DNA of 46,907 nucleotides from a virus (Duplodnaviria; Heunggongvirae; Uroviricota; Caudoviricetes): IMG/VR virus record IMGVR_UViG_2651869724_000014; one strand, 5' to 3'. Shown piece by piece: positions 39,031 to 46,907 of this stretch (position 1 is its first letter; each line of letters starts with the position of its first letter). The notes under the pieces were generated by a model. It saw only the letters and a program-made list of their open reading frames with translations, ran no database searches and was not told where the DNA came from. The position numbers and the translations under genes were made by a program.

Positions 39031-39822
39031 ATGAAAAAACTACCCGGTTCGCTTGAGATTAAGCTCCACGAAAAACTATCCAAGAGTGATATACTAAATA
39101 TATTGGCTGAGCAGATGACCATGCTTGAGGAAACATTTGGCATTCAGGAGTTTAAGATTTTCTCTTATCTTGAATGCTATATTGGAGATAAGAAACAAGC
39201 ATTATATTACAGAAGTCGCAACAGTGCCGTAGCCACATTCAAATTAAAGGGTCTGGAATCCCCGGTAAACACGGCTAAGCTCATATCAAAAGAAAACGGA
39301 CAGCGTATTGTTTCCTTCGATAAAGAACTGGATATAGACAGAATATCTGCTACAGTCCGAAATATACAAAACAATAATCCTTATCAGGGGTGGTCTGAAG
39401 GTATCAGTGTTGTTCCTGCCTCAATCATTAGTAAAATAATTGAAGTGGATATAATACGCACGCAGGAAGAACAAGGCAGACTTTACCGTATTGAAGAACA
39501 GCGCAAGAAAGAAGAACAAATACGCAAAGCGAAAGAAAGAGAGGAGTATGAACGACCTTTAAAGGCTTTTATTTCTTCAAAAATAAAAGAAAGTGTTTTA
39601 TCTGAGAAGGATTTCAAAAAGCAGGTTTGTTCAAGCTGTGACTATCTGAAAGATCGCTCCACAAAATCAAGATACTTTACTGAACGACCTGACTTGTTAG
39701 AGAAACATTATAATGAAAGATTAATTCGTTTCTCGATAAAAGGCACTGATGGCAAAGTAGGAAAAATAGAGATTTATACAGATACAGGCGAGCTTATTTT
39801 TCAACGGTATAAAACCAAGTAA
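39031..39822 (+). CDS. Hypothetical coiled-coil protein
   Basis: ORF with charged coiled-coil-like stretch EEQGRLYRIEEQRKKEEQIRKAKEREEYERPLK. Confidence 0.3.
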   Translation: MKKLPGSLEIKLHEKLSKSDILNILAEQMTMLEETFGIQEFKIFSYLECYIGDKKQALYYRSRNSAVATFKLKGLESPVNTAKLISKENGQRIVSFDKELDIDRISATVRNIQNNNPYQGWSEGISVVPASIISKIIEVDIIRTQEEQGRLYRIEEQRKKEEQIRKAKEREEYERPLKAFISSKIKESVLSEKDFKKQVCSSCDYLKDRSTKSRYFTERPDLLEKHYNERLIRFSIKGTDGKVGKIEIYTDTGELIFQRYKTK

Positions 39823-39907
39823 TGTTTTTATACCTATGCCAATTTGACACCTGAACTATATCTCGTAATGTAAATATATCCACTATTTTATCTACGAGGT
39901 ATTTCTT

Positions 39908-40387
39908 ATGAGAAAAGTAAAAACAGACAACAGTGATTTAATCGAATACATAAATACAATCAAAGAACTAAAAAACCATATTTCGATAGAAGAATACAGA
40001 AATGAATATCGCAAACTGCGTTCTGATGATATTCCATTGGTTAAGGCTCAGAAATTTAAATCTGCACATACCGAACTTCGCAGACTTGAAAAGAAGAGGG
40101 AATCTCTTATTGAATACTTTATTGATGAGTTAAATCCCATCAGCAGTTCAAAAGCTAACACATCAGCGAGATCAACTGGTAATCTCGATTTATTTAACGA
40201 ACGCGTGTTATACCGTAAGGCCATTTCAGAAAAGAGTGATGAAGAAATAGTAGCCTTAGTCATAAAACAACGCACAGAAGCCGCTGTTGAGTTCCAGCGT
40301 TCAATTGAACAGAGTCTTGAGCAACTATCTCGTATCTCGTCAAAGTTCGAACCAGCAAGCCAAAAGCGCAGGAAAATGTCTCTTTAA
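39908..40387 (+). CDS. Hypothetical protein
   Basis: ORF only. Confidence 0.3.
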   Translation: MRKVKTDNSDLIEYINTIKELKNHISIEEYRNEYRKLRSDDIPLVKAQKFKSAHTELRRLEKKRESLIEYFIDELNPISSSKANTSARSTGNLDLFNERVLYRKAISEKSDEEIVALVIKQRTEAAVEFQRSIEQSLEQLSRISSKFEPASQKRRKMSL

Positions 40388-40544
40388 ACGAGTCAATGTT
40401 ATTTTATGTGAAATGGGATGTATTAGATTGCTTATGCAATAATGTTTACTATATTATTTACTGACTGTTTTTTTTGATTTTTCCAACAGCACCGTAAGCA
40501 TTATTTTTATTAATCGCCCCTTTTAAAACACCGGATGGCATACT

Positions 40545-40949
40545 ATGAGTGAAGCTCTTAAGGCACTGAACAATATTCGTATACTTCGCGCACAGGCTCG
40601 TGAAACAGATCTGGCAACTCTGGAAGATATGCTGGAAAAACTCACCACAATCGTTGAAGATCGCCGTGAGGAAGAAAATTCAGCCCGTAAAGAACAAGAA
40701 GAACGTCAGGCTAAACTGGAAGCCTTCCGCCAGAAACTGCTAGAAGACGGTATCGATCCTACAGAACTACTCGCTTCAGTTGGTTCATCTCAACCTAAAG
40801 CAAAATCAACTCGTGCTCCTCGTCCAGCCAAATACAAATATACAAATGAAAACGGCAATGAGCAGACTTGGACGGGTCAGGGCCGTACTCCTAAAGCGAT
40901 CGCTGCTGCTATCGAAGCTGGTAAAACACTGGAAGACTTCGCGCTCTGA
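40545..40949 (+). CDS. H-NS family nucleoid-associated protein (island-encoded paralogue)
   Basis: [33 protein letters not shown]...[40 protein letters not shown] parallels H-NS along its full length. Confidence 0.85.
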   Translation: MSEALKALNNIRILRAQARETDLATLEDMLEKLTTIVEDRREEENSARKEQEERQAKLEAFRQKLLEDGIDPTELLASVGSSQPKAKSTRAPRPAKYKYTNENGNEQTWTGQGRTPKAIAAAIEAGKTLEDFAL

Positions 40950-41291
40950 TCGCAATAAAGCCGTCAATCTAATTTGGCGGTTTCAAATTAAAGAACCTTT
41001 GAGCCTGTCAGTAATTCTGTGTAACTGCCATCGTATTAAAGGTAATCGCTCAGTTCACCGAACTCATTTGAGCCCCAAAAAATCATCCTCCAACCTAACA
41101 TGACTGGCTACTTTCTCTCATTAGTTCTTGACCTAATAAACCTAATAGCAGATCATAAGCTTAGGTGACTACTTAGGATTACGCGGATTTTGTAGTCCTG
41201 TTATAATAATGTGTAATAAGCGCAACTTCTGTATTTTCTTAAAAATTATAAAGATAGCAACTGCTTAAAAGATGCTGTTATGCCTTAGGAG

Positions 41292-41930
41292 ATGAAAATG
41301 CAAACATTTAAAGATGTATTTATAGAACTTGGTGATAAGTCAATAATAGATTTTATTTCTAAGGTTACTGATAACGTTAAATCCTATTGGAGTCGATCAT
41401 ATGAAAGTGAGGAAAACTCAAAATATTTAGGCGAAATTGCTTTTAGCTTTAAAAGGTCAGGTGATAACAGATTACCTGATGCTGGTCTAAGTATTTTCCA
41501 GAAAGAAAATAATATTTGGTATATTCCTAATGTTGTACCTTTAGAAAAAGGACAGCTAAACTACGATGAATATAATACAATAATCACGGATTTTTATAAC
41601 TCGTGCTTAAAACCAGTTGCACTTGAGTTAAAAATTGATATTAAAATAACCTCGGATTCCTTAACTGCAGAAGATGTTGTAGGGGTTTACGCAGGAAAAC
41701 TATTAAAACAATTTTCATCTTTAGCGAATAAATCAACAGGAAGTTCACATCCAAATGATCAAGAAAGATGGTTTGCATTTATTGTAGAAACATGTAAAAA
41801 AGATAAATATGTGAATACTTCTGATCTTGTCCGAGTATTATGTGAACAAGGCTGGAGTGAAGATTCAGCACATAAGCTAGTTATAGAGTATGAGTTTGCA
41901 AGGGACTTAATCACGTACATGGAGCAATGA
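41292..41930 (+). CDS. Hypothetical protein, first gene of a two-gene pair
   Basis: 212-aa ORF, stop 4 bp before next start. Confidence 0.35.
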   Translation: MKMQTFKDVFIELGDKSIIDFISKVTDNVKSYWSRSYESEENSKYLGEIAFSFKRSGDNRLPDAGLSIFQKENNIWYIPNVVPLEKGQLNYDEYNTIITDFYNSCLKPVALELKIDIKITSDSLTAEDVVGVYAGKLLKQFSSLANKSTGSSHPNDQERWFAFIVETCKKDKYVNTSDLVRVLCEQGWSEDSAHKLVIEYEFARDLITYMEQ

Positions 41931-41933
41931 ATC

Positions 41934-42644
41934 ATGTATTTATCAATAAGCAAAGTTAAAGATGAATTGTTGAAAGATGAACAACCAGTATTCTTCTTTG
42001 ATACGTGTTCAATATTAGATATATTAAATTCTATCCATTTACATGGATTGTCAGACTCTTATGCAAACAACATGCTTGAACTTATCAAAATTAACGGTAC
42101 GTCTTGTTGGTTAGTTTCCTGCCAAAACGTTAACGAGGAGTGGATTGATAATATTGATGCTGTTCTTTCCACTATGGATAAAGAAATAAAAAAACTAGAT
42201 CGTAGTATAAGTTCGACAATTAACGTGACCAACTTAGTCTTAAATACAAATTATTCTATGCCACCGAAATTTTCAGGCCTCAATATATCTAGTAAAATAA
42301 AGTCCTTATCAGAACATTTTCTAAAATCTTGTCAGTGTATTGAAAGGACTAATGATCATACGCTGAAAGCAATGCAAAGAGTTCGAAAACTTGAAGCACC
42401 AGCAAGGAAAGGAAAACTTGAGCCAAAAGATTGTGAAATTGTTGAATGCTTTTTAGAATTCTGTCAAGAACTAAGGAAGGCAGGTTTTAATGAAAAAATA
42501 ATATTCGTTACTGCAAATAAAGAAGATTTTGGCTCATACAATGCTCTAAAACCACCACTTGATATTCAATTTGCATCTCATCAAGCACTATTAATCAATA
42601 GTGTAGAACATGTACTTGCACTAGCGAAAAGACAGATAAAATAA
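41934..42644 (+). CDS. PIN-like domain protein (putative nuclease)
   Basis: N-terminal FFFDTCSILDILN plus later acidic positions (DCEIVE, VTANKEDF) resemble PIN catalytic residues. Confidence 0.35.
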   Translation: MYLSISKVKDELLKDEQPVFFFDTCSILDILNSIHLHGLSDSYANNMLELIKINGTSCWLVSCQNVNEEWIDNIDAVLSTMDKEIKKLDRSISSTINVTNLVLNTNYSMPPKFSGLNISSKIKSLSEHFLKSCQCIERTNDHTLKAMQRVRKLEAPARKGKLEPKDCEIVECFLEFCQELRKAGFNEKIIFVTANKEDFGSYNALKPPLDIQFASHQALLINSVEHVLALAKRQIK

Positions 42645-42874
42645 ATATCTAAGGCTTTAGCTTATTTTTCCTAATTTGGCAGAAATTTTTAGATCTATTA
42701 TTCTAAGCAGTTTCTGTCCAGAGATGAGTTATGTCGTTTATATGTATATTTTAGGATCAGGTCATGCTAGATAATAACCACGGTCAGATTTAGTCATTAG
42801 AAAGGCTTTAATACTCAAATCTGAGCTAATCAAACACAGAAAAATAGAAGATCAATTCTATGAGGCTAAGCTTC

Positions 42875-43129
42875 TTAAAATTTTTTTACTTTTGAAATCA
42901 ACCTTACCCACAAAGATTGTTTTTTATCCGTCGATGATGAACAAGGTTCATCGAGTTCACTTTGACCACTCCATAGAGCAAAAAAATCACCATTCTTGTT
43001 ATCTATGGAGAGTTCTTTATCATCATTAACAAGCTGGAGCCATTCTTCACTACTGATTGGAACACTTGCGCTATCGAACCAATGTTCCGTTCTTACTATG
43101 TGAAGCTCCCAGCCCATAACCACCTCCAT
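42875..43129 (-). CDS. Hypothetical small protein
   Basis: ORF only. Confidence 0.25.
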   Translation of the reverse strand: MEVVMGWELHIVRTEHWFDSASVPISSEEWLQLVNDDKELSIDNKNGDFFALWSGQSELDEPCSSSTDKKQSLWVRLISKVKKF

Positions 43130-43166
43130 GTTTTTGATATAGATACGTTATTATACAGAACACTTA

Positions 43167-43409
43167 TCAGTCAATGAGATCTTCTGGCGAAACCCGGTCA
43201 CATGCCATTTTCTCAAGTAATCTTTGTGCTCTTTTCATTTTCAACTTACGCGCTTTTTTATCACCAATCTCCTGATAGTATTCTTCCCGACGTTCGTTAA
43301 CCACGCTCCTGAACTTTTTTAAAAGCTGTTCAAGTGTTTTGAGGTCAGTGGTTGCGGCTTCTGCTTGGATTTTTTTATACATATACATCACATGAAATTC
43401 ATCAATCAT
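43167..43409 (-). CDS. hnsT: Truncated H-NS-like protein (H-NST-like)
   Basis: 80 aa; LKTLEQLLKKFRSVVNERREEYYQ parallels the H-NS N-terminal dimerisation helix, with no DNA-binding C-terminus. Confidence 0.55.
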   Translation of the reverse strand: MIDEFHVMYMYKKIQAEAATTDLKTLEQLLKKFRSVVNERREEYYQEIGDKKARKLKMKRAQRLLEKMACDRVSPEDLID

Positions 43410-43482
43410 TTTTTTGCTCCTTGGATAGACTAATAAGATTTGTTTTCAGCCCCAAGAAGGGGCCGATAGACACCAGAACATA

Positions 43483-43779
43483 TCAACATATTGATTCCGC
43501 CAGAACCGTATAATGCATTTTAGCTAATGCCTGCTTAACCCCTTTAAAATCCACCTCAGACAGTTTTTCAGCAGCGTTCTTTTTCCATGCTTTTTTCAGA
43601 AGATGCTTCTCAGCATTTCTCATCGCCAAATCGATTAGCTTACAGACAAACTCATGATCCATTACATGCGTTATAATCATATTACTTGTTGTTTTATCCT
43701 TTGAGTTAAAAAGCTCCGCGTAGATATGCAAGGACACAATATAAAAGATTTCAGTGTTTTTATTTTTAAATGTATTCAT
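43483..43779 (-). CDS. Hypothetical protein
   Basis: ORF only. Confidence 0.25.
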   Translation of the reverse strand: MNTFKNKNTEIFYIVSLHIYAELFNSKDKTTSNMIITHVMDHEFVCKLIDLAMRNAEKHLLKKAWKKNAAEKLSEVDFKGVKQALAKMHYTVLAESIC

Positions 43780-43823
43780 TGGCTTTTCCTTTTGGTTAAT
43801 ATTAAAAATGAAATGCTGTAGTA

Positions 43824-44114
43824 TTAGCGGTATACACACTTATAGATAATCCAAAGCTGACGAAGGTGTTGCTTTACCTTACTGTGGCTTACTTCTCCAT
43901 AAATCCGATTCCTTTTACCTTCTTCTGAGTCATCGTAAAAATGATATCTCGTTTTTTTAATGATACTTTCCATGATGTCATTCATATTGTATTTATTGTT
44001 GATAAAATAATAAAAATCATCTGGTGCATTCCTTCGCAATCCGTCCATATAGCTCCTGAAATAATATTCGGCTTGTTCAATAAACTGTTTTGTCGTAATA
44101 AGTTCTATCTTCAT
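43824..44114 (-). CDS. Hypothetical protein
   Basis: ORF with GGAGAG RBS upstream of ATG at 44114. Confidence 0.3.
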   Translation of the reverse strand: MKIELITTKQFIEQAEYYFRSYMDGLRRNAPDDFYYFINNKYNMNDIMESIIKKTRYHFYDDSEEGKRNRIYGEVSHSKVKQHLRQLWIIYKCVYR

Positions 44115-44195
44115 ATTTCTCTCCATTATTGTTTAGGGTAATAAGATGCCCTGTGCGAATAGTTATCTGTTCGACACGAGATCTTGTTTCTTTTT

Positions 44196-44414
44196 TTATG
44201 CAGCGTTCTGGCGTGAGTTTCGAATAGTCGCGTCAATCCATTCATCAATCTCACTTTCAATGAATGCCACCGCTCTTATCCCTGTTTTCACCTGCGATGG
44301 AAACCGTCCGGCTTTAATCAGTTCGTAAATCCACGTTTTTCCAAATCCGGTGCGTTTTATTACTTCTGGTAAACGGATAAACGTTGTCTTTGCTTTTATT
44401 TCTCTTTTAACCAT
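44196..44414 (-). CDS. alpA: AlpA-family transcriptional regulator
   Basis: 72 aa; IRLPEVIKRTGFGKTWIYELIKAGRFP...IDEWI matches the AlpA HTH pattern. Confidence 0.65.
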   Translation of the reverse strand: MVKREIKAKTTFIRLPEVIKRTGFGKTWIYELIKAGRFPSQVKTGIRAVAFIESEIDEWIDATIRNSRQNAA

Positions 44415-44564
44415 ATTTATCTCCTGTGTTATTCGATGGAGATAATTGTAGGGAGATCGCTTGTGAAAAACTAGGTTGGTTCACCAGCCCTGAACCGGAG
44501 GGATGTTCAGGACCAGTGAATTCAGGGGATGTTTATAAGAAATGAATACAGGGGAAGTTCAGTG

Positions 44565-45440
44565 TTAGTGGATGTCCCTTGTTTTCTTTTTTGTTTCTGG
44601 TTTGTCATTCATTGCGATGACATCAAGAATAGGCGAGTTTTTCACCAGATTGTTTTTTATGAAAAAATCATTCAGTGACTTGAAATAATTGTCATTGCTT
44701 AAAAAACCGTGGGCAAGCGGATAATCAGTGTCTTTGATTTGCTCGCTACCTCTGGCATAACGCATATCGGGGTGTAGGATACCAGCCAATACAGGGTATT
44801 TGATTTTCTGGTTGTTGAGCTGTTCCCAAGCGATGAGGTCCATCAGAGGGATAATCTTGTAATCGAGTATCTTCTGGAATGTTTTATGACCAAACCGGAA
44901 ATCTTTTTCCGGTGGTTTAGGCACTTTCAGGTGCTTTTGCCACTGACTGATAAGCACTTTCAGGTGTTCAGCCAGATCGTCACTGCTGGCTTCCTCCAAG
45001 TCAATTTCAATCAGCATCTTGTTCGCAGGATTCAGCCCTCCCTGTTTCAGGTATTCAGATATGTAATCCGAACTCACTGAAACATTTTCTTCTGGAGGCG
45101 TATTCTCCAGCCGATACATTGCCCGTCCATAGTTAAACAGTGAATTCCTTGTCATTGGCCTGACAGCATAGCTATGAGCCAGCATGTGGCTCTCAGAGAT
45201 CCATTTATCCTCCAGCAAGACCCTGCCAGAGTGGATCATCGCATCATGGTGAATAACGGCATTACGATGCTTATCGTCCAGTGTTTCCCATTGCTGTCTG
45301 GCTTTATAGACAAACATGCGCCTTTCCAGTTCTGAATAAATTTGTTCCAGAGTGAGGTCTTTCAACGCATCATAGCGACTAACATCAAACCATTTGCTTA
45401 GTGCTTCCACTATCTCTGCGACATGCATTCTTTTTGTCAT
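44565..45440 (-). CDS. Hypothetical island protein upstream of alpA
   Basis: 291-aa ORF only. Confidence 0.35.
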   Translation of the reverse strand: MTKRMHVAEIVEALSKWFDVSRYDALKDLTLEQIYSELERRMFVYKARQQWETLDDKHRNAVIHHDAMIHSGRVLLEDKWISESHMLAHSYAVRPMTRNSLFNYGRAMYRLENTPPEENVSVSSDYISEYLKQGGLNPANKMLIEIDLEEASSDDLAEHLKVLISQWQKHLKVPKPPEKDFRFGHKTFQKILDYKIIPLMDLIAWEQLNNQKIKYPVLAGILHPDMRYARGSEQIKDTDYPLAHGFLSNDNYFKSLNDFFIKNNLVKNSPILDVIAMNDKPETKKKTRDIH

Positions 45441-45795
45441 TCTTTTCCCTAAAAATGTTGATATTCATTACATTGACGTTAACGCATCCGGCAGCATAGA
45501 GAAAGAGAATAATGATAACTGGCGGTCTCAGCATTGGTCATAGAGTGTTCTTCTGTCTTTCGTTATCTTTCCGGAGGTAAACATATCGGGTAATAGCGTT
45601 AATCTGTTGAATCAGCGATTGAAGATTTGTAGCAGAACAGGGAGATCGTTCAGTGAGATTTAGTGAAGCGTGTTGTCATAACTAATTGATAGTAATTGAC
45701 TTTATGGTGATATAGCATTAAAAATGCTGGTAAATATGATGGTAAAAACAGACGCCATTTTTTGAAAGCCCCTAACAGCAGGAGATACAGATGAA

Positions 45796-45820
45796 GTTCG
45801 AGTCCAGTCAGAGGAGCCAA
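45796..45820. repeat. Island attR: direct repeat of tRNA-Asn 3' end
   Basis: gttcgagtccagtcagaggagccaa identical to 17351-17375. Confidence 0.6.
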
Positions 45821-46057
45821 ATTCTAAAGATTCGCTTTTTTAGCGCAATGTCACTGCTCTTAGTTGAGCATTGCTTTTTAACGGATAGCGGGTTTTTGAC
45901 ATCTTAAGCGCCCTCAATCTTCATGGTTGAGGGCGTTTTGCTATGAACGCCATCACCATTTTCCCCTCGATTATAAAACTTGAGTAATTCAGTAGTCTCC
46001 CCTCTTGCAACTCACACCCAAAACTGCTTAACGAAAAGTTATTAATTTTCAATCATA

Positions 46058-46815
46058 TTGCTATCAGGATCTACTTTTTTTCGCTGTGCTAGAAAGGGCG
46101 CATTTATGTTAGCTCGTTCAGGGAAGGTAACCGTGAAGGTTACTGGCAACTCAAGCACCGCCCATGTTGCTAGCTTTATCGCTGATCCATCGACTATCGC
46201 CGCCACCAACAGTGATTTAAGTACCTTAAAGGCAACGGTTGAGGATGGCAGTGGTAACCTGATCGAAGGTCTCACTGTGTACTTCGCCTTAAAAAGCGGC
46301 TCCACCACATTAACGTCATTAACAGCAGTGACCGATCAAAACGGAATCGCGACAACAAGCGTGAAAGGAGCGATAACGGGGAGCGTCACTGTAAGCACAG
46401 TCACAAGCAAACAGTAGATATATCGCTAGTGGCAGGCCCAGCAGACGCCTCGCAGTCCATCCTTAAGAACAACCAGTCATCACTGAAAGGGGACTTTACC
46501 GATAGTGCTGAGCTACATCTTGTTCTGCACGATATATCAGGCAATCCGATCAAAGTTTCTTAAGGGATGGAATTTGTGCAATCAGGTACAAACGTGCCCT
46601 ATATGAAAATTAGCGCAATTGATTACAGTCAAAATATCAACGGTGATTACAAAGCTACTGTTACAGGAGGCGGAGAGGGTATCGCAACGCTGATCCCCGT
46701 ATTGAATGGTGTTCATCAGACGGGCCTGAGTACCACGATAGAATTCATTAGCGCGGAAACCAGACCAATGACCGATACAGTGTCAGTGAATGGTGCAAAC
46801 CTACCGACAGCTTGA
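46058..46815 (+). pseudogene. Fragments of an Ig-like (Big_1) repeat adhesin gene, probably yeeJ-like, interrupted
   Basis: Translations show invasin/intimin-type Ig repeat patterns (VTVKVTGNSSTAHVASFIADPSTIAATNSDLSTLKATVEDGSGNLIEGLTV) split over two ORFs with no credible start. Confidence 0.3.
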
Positions 46816-46907
46816 ACCGCCCCGGGTTTCCTGGAGAGTGTTTTATCTGTGAACTCAGGCTGCCAGATCATCGTTTCCGATGGAAGCATAATAAGCTTTT
46901 TCTGCTT

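Larger units (their letters stand above)
17375..45820. mobile_element. asnT-inserted genomic island (about 28.4 kb, AT-rich, mosaic)
   Basis: Bounded by tRNA-Asn and its 3'-end direct repeat; carries two integrases, relaxase, pilin remnants, H-NS paralogues, alpA and defence-like genes. Confidence 0.65.

Overview
The window reads as three units. (1) 1-16217: the integrase-proximal arm of a Qin-like lambdoid prophage inserted at tRNA-Ser (serU). On the minus strand it carries a NanS-p-like esterase 5' end, a decayed TerB-like gene, Q antiterminator, rusA, a ydfU-like gene, a lipoprotein, hokD, an O-like replication gene with internal iterons, cII/YdaT-like and cro/dicC-like genes. On the plus strand it carries a LexA-like cI repressor, ydfA-ydfB-ydfC-dicF-dicB-ydfD, a full-length ydfE-family gene with a DEDDh exonuclease domain, xis and int. 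An oppositely oriented FRG-domain gene sits between the replication and nin/Q regions. (2) 16218-17374: tRNA-Ser, core gene mtfA and tRNA-Asn (asnT). (3) about 17375-45820: an AT-rich genomic island inserted at asnT, bounded by a roughly 24-bp direct repeat of the tRNA-Asn 3' end. It carries a P4-type integrase, a nested small integrative element (DUF262 two-gene cassette plus a second integrase, flanked by about 290-bp repeats of the first integrase's 3' end), an ATP-grasp / membrane protein / acidic repeat-peptide cassette that looks like a graspetide-type cluster, pilS/pilV type IVb pilin remnants, a MobA relaxase, a Septu-like ATPase + HNH pair, a DUF4238-like gene, a tandem-repeat and palindrome array in front of a winged-helix gene, a full-length H-NS paralogue, a truncated H-NST-like gene, a PIN-like two-gene pair and alpA. 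After the island come Ig-like adhesin gene fragments. All calls rest on reading the translations and DNA by eye; no database search was run, and family names come from recalled motifs.
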